From contig CALKOM010000080.1 in NCBI GenBank assembly GCA_938091905.1, positions 1 to 41,931 on the forward strand: a stretch of 41,931 nucleotides of DNA, in the 5' to 3' direction. This DNA is from an uncultured Verrucomicrobiales bacterium (GTDB lineage Bacteria; Verrucomicrobiota; Verrucomicrobiia; Verrucomicrobiales; DEV007). How positions within the stretch are numbered: position 1 is the stretch's first letter; every line of letters starts with the position of its first letter. The position numbers and the translations under genes are program-made. The notes beneath the pieces were generated by a model that made no database searches, was not told the origin of the DNA, and saw only the letters and a program-made list of their open reading frames with translations. Below are positions 1-9,845 of the stretch, piece after piece.

Positions 1-139
1 TGAAAACGTCTTTGCTAGAATGGGGCGGTGGACAAGATTGGAACTCCGCCGCGAGCGTAAAGCTTCTCACTTCGAATCGTTTCTAAACCTCTGGGCTATA
101 AGCACTTGGGTGAAAATCTGAATTAATGGATTAGCCCTA
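1..139 (+). mobile_element. Right end of an IS5-family element: transposase C-terminus (2..121, partial) plus terminal inverted repeat
   Basis: Frame starting at base 2 reads ENVFARMGRWTRLELRRERKASHFESFLNLWAISTWVKI* (TGA 119-121), matching the IS5 C-terminal ExxFxxLxxxRR..R..K pattern. It is followed directly by a 20-mer that recurs inverted at 41083-41102. Not in the ORF track. Confidence 0.8.
120..139. repeat. IS terminal repeat GAATTAATGGATTAGCCCTA
   Basis: Exact reverse complement of 41083-41102; lies immediately after the transposase stop and ends in TA. Confidence 0.85.
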
Positions 140-200
140 AAGCCGAGTCCAACGGACAGCCAATCCAATCTCTGATTGCGCGTCGAATTGGCGAAGTAGA

Positions 201-1850
201 CTACTTCTTCTTTTGCTGGTTACTTCGATAGACGCTGTAGGTTTTCGCAGTTTTCCAGGGGATCACACCGACTCGATTTGCCCAACGTCGATACTCTGAA
301 CTCAATCTATCGACAATCTCCGGATGCGACGCCACAAGGTTGGTGACTTCACTACGGTCGTTGTCGAGGTCGTACAACTCCCATGGTTTATTGAAGAATG
401 AGACTAACTTCCAATTGCCATCGCGTGCGATTCGATTGCCTTCGTGCTCAATGCAGAGTGGTGCGTGCCGGACTTCGGCTTGCTTGCCTTTGAGCAAGCC
501 GGCAAGGCTTAGGCCGTCTGATCTTGTCGTCGGTGGGCGCGAAGCCTTGGCAACGTCGAGGCAAGTTTCGACGATATCCGGCAAGAACCCTGGGTGCTCC
601 ACGATCGTGTTGTTCAATCCAGGTGTGATCCCGCGCGGCCAATGCACGATTAATGGCGTTTGCACGCCCCCCTGATGGGCAAAGTGCTTGTACTCTCGAA
701 ATGGTGTGTTTGAGAGCGTGGCCCAACCCTTGCCATACTTGAAGCCTCCCTTGCCATACTGTCCGAGGTTCTTGAATTCAAATTGCCCAAACGGCCCACT
801 CTCGGCTTCGCCGCCATTGTCCGAAAGAAAGTAGATCAGTGTATTCTCGGTTTCATCAGTAGCCTCGAGGTGCTGTAAAAGTTTCCCAATGTTCTGGTCA
901 ACGCGATCGATCATCCCCGCATAGGTCGCCATGATCGCATCCATCTCATCCTGTTTCTCGGGGGTGAGCGTGCCCCATGCAGGAACGTTATCCGGACGAG
1001 GCGCGAGCTTCGTGTTCGTCGGCACGAGTCCCATCGCTATCTGCTTCTCAAGTCTGCGTTGACGAAGCACGTCCCAGCCGTCTTTGAATCGCCCACGGTA
1101 TTTCTGATAGTCTTCCGGCATGCATTGCACAGGGAAATGAGGCGCATTGTAGGAAAGATAGAGAAAGAACGGGAGTTCATCCTGTTGCTCATCATGCTCC
1201 TCGAGAAAACCGATCGCTTCGTCCGAGATTGCATCGGTGATGTAGTAGCGCTCACCTGTTGCCGTGATCGGATCATTGCCTCGATATAGATTCGCCGGCC
1301 GAAAGAAGTCTGACGTTCCGGCGAGGTGACCATAAAAGCGATCGAAACCGCGCTGCAGCGGCCAAGTCTCAGACTTTTCACAGCCCAGGTGCCACTTGCC
1401 AGTCATGTAGGTTCCGTAGCCTGCCGCTTTCAACATCTCGGGTAACGTCGGGATCGCCGCGTCGAGCCAACCTTGGTAACCACTCGGAATGTGAGAACGA
1501 TCCTCGGTCTTCAACCGATAGTCAGAACGCGGATTCTCCGGCGTTGAATTTGCCGCCTTCCCCATGGGCAAGGTCATGTGCCCGAGCCCAACCTGATGAG
1601 GGTGCAATCCGGTCATCAAGGTCGCTCGGGTCGGACAACAACGCGCCCCGTTGTAAAATTGGTTGAAGCGAACACCATTGGCCGCCAAGCGATCAAGATT
1701 CGGTGTCTCTATCATGCCTCCGTAACAGCCAATGTTCGACCAACCCATGTCGTCGACCATGACAAGAACGATGTTAGTTCGAGACTCTTGAGCGAACGAA
1801 AGTTGACAAAGGCAACTGACTGAAATGAGAACGGCAACACTGATCTTCAT
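201..1850 (-). CDS. Arylsulfatase (formylglycine-dependent, S1), secreted
   Basis: DDMG metal motif, CCPTR Cys motif, GKWHLG, SDNG. Start moved to ATG 1850 (MKISVAVLISV, signal-peptide-like) because the longer ORF overlaps the upstream gene. Confidence 0.95.
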   Translation of the reverse strand: MKISVAVLISVSCLCQLSFAQESRTNIVLVMVDDMGWSNIGCYGGMIETPNLDRLAANGVRFNQFYNGARCCPTRATLMTGLHPHQVGLGHMTLPMGKAANSTPENPRSDYRLKTEDRSHIPSGYQGWLDAAIPTLPEMLKAAGYGTYMTGKWHLGCEKSETWPLQRGFDRFYGHLAGTSDFFRPANLYRGNDPITATGERYYITDAISDEAIGFLEEHDEQQDELPFFLYLSYNAPHFPVQCMPEDYQKYRGRFKDGWDVLRQRRLEKQIAMGLVPTNTKLAPRPDNVPAWGTLTPEKQDEMDAIMATYAGMIDRVDQNIGKLLQHLEATDETENTLIYFLSDNGGEAESGPFGQFEFKNLGQYGKGGFKYGKGWATLSNTPFREYKHFAHQGGVQTPLIVHWPRGITPGLNNTIVEHPGFLPDIVETCLDVAKASRPPTTRSDGLSLAGLLKGKQAEVRHAPLCIEHEGNRIARDGNWKLVSFFNKPWELYDLDNDRSEVTNLVASHPEIVDRLSSEYRRWANRVGVIPWKTAKTYSVYRSNQQKKK

Positions 1851-1860
1851 GGCATCAAAT

Positions 1861-3750
1861 TTAGTTACCCAGAATCTCAATCGGCGAGAAGTCGCTTGTC
1901 GTACCCTTGGCATAGATGCCAACCCACTTCACTTCGTTCAAGCGTTGAGGCAATTCCTGCTCCAAGCGCACCTTGCCGATTTCTAGAGTGACCATACGCT
2001 TGGCGAGATCCACAACCACCTGGGTGTCGAACTTTTGATCCGCATCGAAGGTCGCTGTCTGCACAGCACCTCGGCCAGCATTCGCCCAGCCACCTTTGAA
2101 AATCTCGTGGGTGCCCTTGCCAATCGCAGTTCCTACTTTGACGAGGTCTGCATTGTTAGGCTTGTCGCCAAAGCAGAACATCGCATTGCGCGTATTCGTT
2201 CGGACAGCGGTCTGGTAATCGATCTTGAACGCCACTCGCTCATTGCCCAAGATTGGTTTGTCGAGCTTTCGCAAAGCGATTGCCTCACCCCCAGAGGATA
2301 GCCGGTAGCCGAGAGGTGATTTCGTCACCTTGCCACCACGGACAATCGGCCAGTCGCCGCTCTCGTCCGTCCCCTTACCAAGCTTCTTCGGGTTCCCACC
2401 TTTCTTCTCCCGCGGAGGCTCATTTTCCCACCAATCCCTTGGCCCTTCCGCTTCGATCCCCCTCCAGACTTCCATAAATGTCTTCTCCATCTCGGCAAGT
2501 TTCTTCGGCATTTCCGTCGCGAGATCTGTGGTTTCTTGCCAGTCTTTCTCTATTTCATAAAGCTGAAACTCTGTCAGGGATTCGTCGGCGACAATCTTCC
2601 AATCACCAATACGCATTGCGGCACGACTTTTCTCTGGAGCAATGTGCGTACGCCAGAAAAGCGGCACTTGACGCTCAACCGGCTGCCCTTTGAAAGCCGG
2701 GCGTATGTCCGCACCGTCGATGGTGCGGTCCTTCGGAATTTCAATTCCAACGATTCCCAGTACGGTCGTGAAGATATCAGAGCCTATCACAGGCACCTTG
2801 CTCACGGTGCCCGGAACAACCTGCCCCGGCCAACGCACCATTCCAGCAACACGAATACCGCCCTCATGACTGTCGCGTTTGCGACCTCGCAATCCACCAG
2901 TCGATCCTTGTGTTCGACCTCTCTCAATCTTCCCTTCGGGGCCGTTGTCCGAGGTGAAGAACACCATCGTATTGTCGCGTAAACCCAGGTCATCCAACCC
3001 CTGCATTACGATACCAAAGGCGTGGTCGAGCTGTGTGATATTCCCATGATGCTGTCGAATGCCCTCATCGTCGATATGAGCGTAAGGCTTCATGAATTCC
3101 TCCGCCGACTCGATTGGCAAGTGCGGCTCGTGGGTCCACACAGAAAGGAGAAAGGGTTTCTCTTTGTCGTGATCTTCCCTTAGCCAACGAACGCCTTCTG
3201 TCGCAACGAGCGGCGCCGAGAATCCTTCGAGTTTACCCATAGGCTTACCATTACGCACGAAGTTCGTTGGGTTCTTGTGATCTGGTGACGCGTTGTTCTG
3301 TGTCGCCATCCAGTGATCGTAGCCGTGATCATTCGGCTGCGGTTGCTGATCGCTATTAAAATGCCCATTGAGGTGCCACTTACCCACATGACACGTTGCA
3401 TACCCATTCTCTTTTAACAACTCTGGCAGGGTAATCTCACTCTCGCGCAAATGGGTCGAATGCCCTCCAGGGATCCACCGCCAGACGCCATTGCGATACG
3501 GCGTTCGGCCGGTAAGAATCGACGAGCGCGATGGCGAACACACCCCACATGCGGAATAGCACTGCGTAAAACGCACCCCTTCGGTCGCGAACTTATCGAG
3601 ATGGGGCGACTTGATAATCTTATTGCCATAACAGGCAAGATCTCCCCAACCCATGTCATCGACAAGGAACACAACGATGTTCGGTTTCTCACCCCAGACG
3701 GCTCCAAGTTGGACAAGAAATGTAATTGCTGCAAGGGCGGCTTTCATCAT
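1861..3750 (-). CDS. Sulfatase (S1) with an extra ~160-aa C-terminal domain
   Basis: DDMGWGD, CSPSR, GKWHL, SDNGP motifs; signal-peptide-like N-terminus from ATG 3750/3747; C-terminal beta-rich extension after a KKGGNPKK linker. Confidence 0.93.
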   Translation of the reverse strand: MMKAALAAITFLVQLGAVWGEKPNIVVFLVDDMGWGDLACYGNKIIKSPHLDKFATEGVRFTQCYSACGVCSPSRSSILTGRTPYRNGVWRWIPGGHSTHLRESEITLPELLKENGYATCHVGKWHLNGHFNSDQQPQPNDHGYDHWMATQNNASPDHKNPTNFVRNGKPMGKLEGFSAPLVATEGVRWLREDHDKEKPFLLSVWTHEPHLPIESAEEFMKPYAHIDDEGIRQHHGNITQLDHAFGIVMQGLDDLGLRDNTMVFFTSDNGPEGKIERGRTQGSTGGLRGRKRDSHEGGIRVAGMVRWPGQVVPGTVSKVPVIGSDIFTTVLGIVGIEIPKDRTIDGADIRPAFKGQPVERQVPLFWRTHIAPEKSRAAMRIGDWKIVADESLTEFQLYEIEKDWQETTDLATEMPKKLAEMEKTFMEVWRGIEAEGPRDWWENEPPREKKGGNPKKLGKGTDESGDWPIVRGGKVTKSPLGYRLSSGGEAIALRKLDKPILGNERVAFKIDYQTAVRTNTRNAMFCFGDKPNNADLVKVGTAIGKGTHEIFKGGWANAGRGAVQTATFDADQKFDTQVVVDLAKRMVTLEIGKVRLEQELPQRLNEVKWVGIYAKGTTSDFSPIEILGN

Positions 3751-3859
3751 GACCAGCCTCCCCAATTTGAGGGCGGCCAACAAGGGCTTTCTTTGCATCA
3801 CCCAAAGGTGATTTCCTCAAACGCCTACCACCAAGACATCAGCTCAACTAGCATATCTA

Positions 3860-6800
3860 TCATTTCGTGATTGGCTGAGGGATCTTTAGGTAAGCGAATA
3901 GATCGCGGAGCTGCTGATCGTCGAGACCACTGAGCAATCCCGGCGGCATCAGACTGCGTCCGACCGGCGACAGGTCCTCAATGTCTTCGCGAGCAAGGGT
4001 AGTATTCGATCCGTCCACGCCGCGCAGAACCACGGCATTGGCATCATCCTCAGCCAAAAATCCGCTGAGAATACGGCCGTCAGCGGTCTTGGCGATCACC
4101 GTTTCATAGCCTTCACGAATCTCGGCGCTTGGGGCGACGATGCTGTGGAGCATGGTCGGCAAGTCATCACGTTGGTAACGCGTGAGATCTGGACCGACTG
4201 CACCGCCCTTAAAAAACAGTTTATGACAGGATCCACAACGGGTAGAATAGATAGACTCGCCGCGATAGGCATCGCCTGGCTTGCCTTGCAAGATAGAGGA
4301 AAGCACTTCAATTTGGTCGGCAACCTGGATAGGCGTTGGGTTGGCTTTCCCAGTTGCGATGTTAGGCTCGTGCAGAGACACTCGCGCCTTAATCTCTGTC
4401 GTGAAATCGGATTCAGGAATAGACGTTGAATTCACCAGCTCAGCAGCCCAGGCTCGCCGCGATACGAGGAGATTGAGAATTGAACTTCTCAGCGCATTGG
4501 GCTGGGTTGGGTAGCTCTCGGCCAGCACCTTGGCGATGCTCGGATCCTGGTATATCTGCAAAGAACCGAGCGCCGCTCGTCGGTGGGTGATATTGGTGGC
4601 TCCAGTGGCAATGGTGAGGAGTTGCTCTTTGGCAGCAACGACAACTCGCGTGCCAAACGCTCGAATCGCATCGAGGCGTTCAGGCTGGGGCTTTGTGAGA
4701 AGTTCGAGCCCATGAGCAATAGCATCCCCATCACCCTGTCTGATTCTCATCGACAACGAGCCACTTCCAGTGGCGGCGATGAGTTTATCTGGCAGTTGCG
4801 GCGGAATACGTCCTTCAAAAGCCTTTTCAAAACCGGTAAGCAACGCTGCCTTCGCCTCCTCGTTTGGCGCCAGTTCTAACAACTTGGCGCAACGCAGAAA
4901 GTCTGCCCGAGTTCCTGCCTCAGCAAAGCGGCGCATGAGCCGTTGAATGAGGTGTTGTTTGAAAACAGGACGCGACCAGAGATCATCGTGCTCGAACATG
5001 GCGATCACTTGGTCCGCATGCTCGGCACAGTGCGATTCGACGACAAACCAGAGCATGAGAGGAATGAACGGGTCGTCGACATCGCTTAGCGGGAGCCTTG
5101 TTTCTTGAATCAGTTGCAACCCCTGATCAACCGGGAGACGGCCTGCGGTCGAGAGGATCTGACACCGAACGGCAGCGTTCTCTTCGGAGGCTGCCTTCGA
5201 TGTGAGCGTGGCAAAGAAGTGATCCGGCAACGTTCGTGAATCACCAAGCAAACGGATGGCCCAGCTGCGCACTGCTGGAACGGGATGCTTTAAGGCAAGA
5301 ATCGCGACATCCTCACTCAGGCTCCCCATCTGATGAATCGCCCAAAGGGCATCGACCGCTGGGTGCAGGGCCGGATTCTGGAGTTCAGCAATGAGATCAG
5401 GGATGATCGCCGCATCGGTGCGTTGCCCGAGTAGGCGAGCAGCGGTCTGACGATGCCAAAGATTCGCATGGGAAAGAATACCGACTAACTCTTCGTTAGT
5501 CTTCGCCTCCAGATCAATGTCGATTTCAAGCGATTCCTCCTTGCCTCGAAGTCGGTAAATTCGCCCTGTCGTCGGGTCAATCTGCCCCTGATAATTCTGG
5601 CCATGGGCGATGTATTCCTCGCAGAAATCGGCAATCACGATGCTGCCATCGGGCGCGTTCTTGAGATAGACCGGACGAAAAGTGACCTCCTCCGTTCGTA
5701 GTGGAAACCCGATGTCTGTCGTCTCGAAGCTACTGCCTAACAAACGGCGCTCCGCTGCAACGAGGTGATGGTGTAGAGGATCGACACAGAGAAAGCCGTC
5801 CCGCAGCCGCTCCGGTAGGGCGGTTCCTCCGACGACCACAGACATACTCGAGAACCGGGGAATGGGGTTGGTACTACGAATCATGGGAAGTTCACCAAAC
5901 GTGTAGGGATTCGGCGGTGGCCCGAACTTCCCAGGATTCTTGCCCTGCTTGAGGTATTGCCCACCTTGAATCAGGTGCCAGCCGCGTGTGCTACCACCGT
6001 TGTGGCCGATGAACAGTCGCCCCTCACCATCGAAAGAGAGACCGAAGATATTTCCACCCCCGTCGGCGAACAGTTCGAACTCCTTTGTACGCGGATGGTA
6101 GCGCCAGACATGACAGCCTTCGTTGTAGACCCCCGTCGCATCTTTAGGATCAACGTCAGGACGAGTGATACGGCTAATCGTCGTGCTCCCTTGACCTCCA
6201 TAGAGCCAACCATCCGGCCCCCAAACGAGTCCATTGGCGACACTATGCGTGTCTTCCAAACCAAAGCCCTGCAGTCGAACCTCTGGAGACCTGTCGGGAA
6301 CATCATCGCCATCCGCATCTGGATAGAATAAGAGATACGGTGTGTGCATGACCCAGATCCCTCCCCAGCCACGCAGTGCTGCATTGGCCATGTTTAGCCC
6401 CTCCAACACGTTCGTATGCCTATCATAATGCCCGTCGCCGTCAGAGTCCTCGTGAACACTGACAATATCTTTCCCATGATCGTGGTGAGGCGGTGCTGGA
6501 GGGACGCGATCATATTTCGAGCGATAGTATTGATCCCGGCTCAGCATCTTAACGCCCTCGGGATACGGATATTGACGATACTGTGAGACCCACATTCGGC
6601 CGCGCGCATCAAAACTAAGGTGGGTAGGCTGGGCGACTTGTGGCTCGTGCAGCAACTGCTCAACCACAACATCGTCATCCGTCTCCAGCAAGGCGAAGGC
6701 GTCGGCCGGAGAGAGACGTTTGCCTGGGATAGGCTGCACCGTGGAATCCAGAGGCGTCGCAGAAAGTTCGAAATCGGAGGAGGAATAGAATGCCTTCACA

Positions 6801-7288
6801 GGCTGGGCATCCACCGGCAACAACTCGGCAGCATCTGGTTTCGACCGGGCACGCTCCCAAGCCGGACCAAGTTTCAGCTCATTGAAGTAATCAATCAAGA
6901 GCGGAGCGCGAGTGAGGGCACCACCCTGGATATGAATCACGAGTGTATTGAAACTCTTAGACACAAGGATGTCCTTCGGAACCTTGAAGCGTCTGCTAGT
7001 GCCGAGCGAAACCCCTTCAGAATGAATGATCTCCTTACCATTGAGGACAACGACGAACTCGCTTGGGCAATCTCTAACAACAAGCATGGTGGAACTTCGC
7101 CAGAGATCTCTAGGATTGGAACCTTCTGGAACCACGAGACGATCTGGCACCTGAAGGCGACAACGATACCAAGATTCGCCAACGGCGCTCTCATCCAACA
7201 ATGGCGACGGCACAAGAGCAGCAGTCCACTCCGCTCGCAGCGAGCCAGCGACAGCGAACATGATGGAGGCGGCGAGAGAGAATCGCAT
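3860..7288 (-). CDS. PVC-type heme-binding protein: N-terminal jelly-roll-like domain, glucose/sorbosone-dehydrogenase-like propeller, HEAT repeats, cytochrome c
   Basis: DSDGDG and NGLVWGPDGWLY propeller motifs, HEAT-like helices, C-terminal CGSCH...GPDL...SLMP; signal peptide from ATG 7288 (MRFSLAAS). Confidence 0.9.
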   Translation of the reverse strand: MRFSLAASIMFAVAGSLRAEWTAALVPSPLLDESAVGESWYRCRLQVPDRLVVPEGSNPRDLWRSSTMLVVRDCPSEFVVVLNGKEIIHSEGVSLGTSRRFKVPKDILVSKSFNTLVIHIQGGALTRAPLLIDYFNELKLGPAWERARSKPDAAELLPVDAQPVKAFYSSSDFELSATPLDSTVQPIPGKRLSPADAFALLETDDDVVVEQLLHEPQVAQPTHLSFDARGRMWVSQYRQYPYPEGVKMLSRDQYYRSKYDRVPPAPPHHDHGKDIVSVHEDSDGDGHYDRHTNVLEGLNMANAALRGWGGIWVMHTPYLLFYPDADGDDVPDRSPEVRLQGFGLEDTHSVANGLVWGPDGWLYGGQGSTTISRITRPDVDPKDATGVYNEGCHVWRYHPRTKEFELFADGGGNIFGLSFDGEGRLFIGHNGGSTRGWHLIQGGQYLKQGKNPGKFGPPPNPYTFGELPMIRSTNPIPRFSSMSVVVGGTALPERLRDGFLCVDPLHHHLVAAERRLLGSSFETTDIGFPLRTEEVTFRPVYLKNAPDGSIVIADFCEEYIAHGQNYQGQIDPTTGRIYRLRGKEESLEIDIDLEAKTNEELVGILSHANLWHRQTAARLLGQRTDAAIIPDLIAELQNPALHPAVDALWAIHQMGSLSEDVAILALKHPVPAVRSWAIRLLGDSRTLPDHFFATLTSKAASEENAAVRCQILSTAGRLPVDQGLQLIQETRLPLSDVDDPFIPLMLWFVVESHCAEHADQVIAMFEHDDLWSRPVFKQHLIQRLMRRFAEAGTRADFLRCAKLLELAPNEEAKAALLTGFEKAFEGRIPPQLPDKLIAATGSGSLSMRIRQGDGDAIAHGLELLTKPQPERLDAIRAFGTRVVVAAKEQLLTIATGATNITHRRAALGSLQIYQDPSIAKVLAESYPTQPNALRSSILNLLVSRRAWAAELVNSTSIPESDFTTEIKARVSLHEPNIATGKANPTPIQVADQIEVLSSILQGKPGDAYRGESIYSTRCGSCHKLFFKGGAVGPDLTRYQRDDLPTMLHSIVAPSAEIREGYETVIAKTADGRILSGFLAEDDANAVVLRGVDGSNTTLAREDIEDLSPVGRSLMPPGLLSGLDDQQLRDLFAYLKIPQPITK

Positions 7289-7597
7289 TTCAAATCGTAG
7301 GCCATTCTCAGTCTCAAGAGCAAGCGGCGCGATCGGCAGGGTGTGATTAAAACCGGCAGGTAATTCACATTCGAGGAAAGTCTCAGAGCTCGCGGTTGCT
7401 GTTGTGTCGACTGGTAGTCGAAGAGGCAGAAGGCACGACAAAAGACTTCGATTGCCAATCGCAGCTACGGCCGATGCCCGCTACCTCTCGTCCCAGAAGT
7501 TACCGCGACCGCCCGGGGTCAGATGCTAGCAGCCCATCCATCAGTTGAGTTGCCTCTAGCTGATTCATCTTTCCCATCGTGACGCGAGGGGGAATGA

Positions 7598-9191
7598 TCA
7601 ACTGGCTGCGGCGATGAGTGGTTGAGTAGCTACCATGTCTTGGTCAGTGATACCCCCTTCGCATCGGCAGATCTCGCCTTAACCATAGCGCAATCTGGTG
7701 TCAGCGACTTTGCCTTCAACAGGGCTCCCACCTCCACCCAAAGGGGGGAGGTGAATCGCACGGCACGCGATGTCCGCGTGCAATTGTCCGGAACCAACTA
7801 CCTGGCAATTGCGGAAGTCGAGATCTTTAGTCCGGGAGAAGTCTTCCAAACAGGCCAACAAGTCACCGTCGCCGCGACCGGTCTCATCATTGAGAATCGG
7901 CAAGTCATCGCCGCTGCCAATGTCGATGGCGACGCCTACGATCTTAGCACCGAGTATGCACTCGGAACCGCCCCCCATACAGCGAGTCCCGTTGGCGTGC
8001 TGACCCTTACACCTGGAGAACAGATGGATATCTCTTAAGAGCGCCCTGCCCGTTTGGGAGATATTCGATTCACACATGAAACAAGTGCTGATTTGGTGAA
8101 TTGGCAGCCCGTCGAAAACAGCGACGTTTCGGCGTCGAGCTATGGACGCGAGCGCGTGACTCATCGCAAGGTCGGCCAAACAGACCGGGGCTTCGCTCGA
8201 CTACGCATCACCAACGATGATTGGAACTACGAATCGGTCACACCGATCCAAGGTTGGATCGATTCGTCACTCCGCGAAGGTTTCCAAACCCGCGGAATTA
8301 GCTTAAACCGCCCCGATGTGATCAGATCAACCGTGGACTCTTGGACTGAGGACGGCCTCAGCCTGGCGGCCGCCAGCGTCACAGGCAACGTCGATCCAAC
8401 ACCCTCACTACCTTGAAATCATCTCTGGACCACTCTCCTACAATCGTTTGGACGTCGATCTCACCGAGGCAGGTTTGTTAGCGATCGATTGGAGTGCCGA
8501 GCACAACACCCTGATATCCATTCCTGAGGATAGCGGTGATTGGTTAGGCCATCAAGTTGTCGTGCGACCTCACTGGACCCTCAGTCAGGTCTACGCAAAA
8601 GATACGTTCATTGGAAGCAATGTCCCCGAAGAAGCCGATCAGGTCCTGTTCTTCAATGGAACCAACTTCGATACCTACTTCCTACTCCAGGCCGAAGGCT
8701 ATGATCAATGGGTCGCGCAAGCGGACGATGAACTGAAATCCGCAGACCATCATATCATTCCTCCCGGGGTCGGCAGTTTCATCCAACGTCCTGAAGGCGC
8801 AGAATCGATCGAACTCATACTCACAGGTGAAGCCCGTGCCAGCGCCTTTGCGCAACCGCTTGTTGCCGGCTACAACTTGTTAGCTTCACCCCGCCCCATC
8901 GATCTCGACTTCGAATCACGAGCCTTGCTCTTGAGTGACGGTTTCCTCGGCATTCGCGATCCCGACGCTACGGATCAGATCCAACTCTGGCAAGGCGGCA
9001 ACAATCCGAGCCGGCTTGGTTGCGAAAGCTACTTTTTATTGGATGCCGGTGAAGGCCATCAACACTGGACTGAGATTGGCCCTGACTTGCCCAATGTGAA
9101 CGCGACCAAACTCTTATGAGGCAATCGTGCCTTCTTCCTCAAGCTCTCCGGGCCATCCCGTCTCGACTACCTGATACAGGCGGTTGACTGA
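7598..9191 (+). pseudogene. Broken, probably secreted protein: discoidin/F5-8-like fragment + SxDLxxW module + TIGR02597-like region
   Basis: ORFs 7622-8038, 8054-8416 and 8448-9119 join. In-frame TAA 8036-8038 (DIS*ERP), frameshift near 8410 (HYLEIISG continues in the next frame), in-frame TGA 9117-9119 (KLL*GNRAFFLK, ending TGA 9189-9191). 5' part is missing. LSSYHVLVSDTPF..LAIAEVEIF is discoidin-like; VVRPHWTL, ADQV and IIPPGVG are TIGR02597-like. Confidence 0.8.
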
Positions 9192-9210
9192 TCAGATGCA
9201 TGAGCATTGT

Positions 9211-9257
9211 GTAACATGGCCTTCTAGTCCATGACTCGCGCTGGAAGCTCAAGCCAC
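9211..9257. repeat. Degenerate inverted doublet of a GTAG-type REP-like palindrome
   Basis: 9211-9233 and the reverse complement of 9235-9257 each match the 23-mer at 13950-13972 at 18/23 positions. Confidence 0.6.
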
Positions 9258-9374
9258 CTTCCGCGTGATCCCATAGAGGTGGCCAAAGGTCGCGCTGGAT
9301 TCGCTGAAACAAAGCCTCTCTACCATCATCCCTTGAAGCCTGTCATTCTCGTTAGAAATTCGTGAGGTGGGCAC

Positions 9375-9836
9375 ATGTTCATTCGCCTCAATTGGATCCT
9401 CCTGCTGACGAGCTACCTTCTGGGTTGCCAAACGTTGTCCGACCCTCAACAGGGATCAGCGGAGAGCACGATTCGCGCTTTGCTCGCTAGCCAAACTGCT
9501 GACTGGAATCGGGGAGACATCGAAGCCTTCATGGAGGGTTACGTAAACTCAGAAGACCTCCGTTTTGCAGGGGCTACTAGGGTCAATCGAGGCTACGCAG
9601 CGACCTTAGCCCGCTACCGCAAAGCCTATCCGAGGAAAGCAGGTATGGGACAGCTAAGGTTTTCTGACTTGGAGATTGTCTTTCTCTCACGCAAACACGC
9701 AGAGGTCTTTGGTCGCTACCACCTGAAGCGACGCAGGTCTTACAAAGACGCGACTGGCCTCTTCACACTCTTACTTGAGAAGTCACCAAACGGTTGGAAG
9801 ATCTTGCATGACCATAGCTCTGCTTTGAAGAGCTGA
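9375..9836 (+). CDS. NTF2/SnoaL-like (DUF4440-type) protein, probable lipoprotein
   Basis: WNRGDIEAFMEGY ... GLFTLL ... WKILHDHSS pattern; LLGC lipobox; GAGGTGG RBS-like sequence upstream. Confidence 0.85.
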   Translation: MFIRLNWILLLTSYLLGCQTLSDPQQGSAESTIRALLASQTADWNRGDIEAFMEGYVNSEDLRFAGATRVNRGYAATLARYRKAYPRKAGMGQLRFSDLEIVFLSRKHAEVFGRYHLKRRRSYKDATGLFTLLLEKSPNGWKILHDHSSALKS

Positions 9837-9845
9837 TTAATCAAA

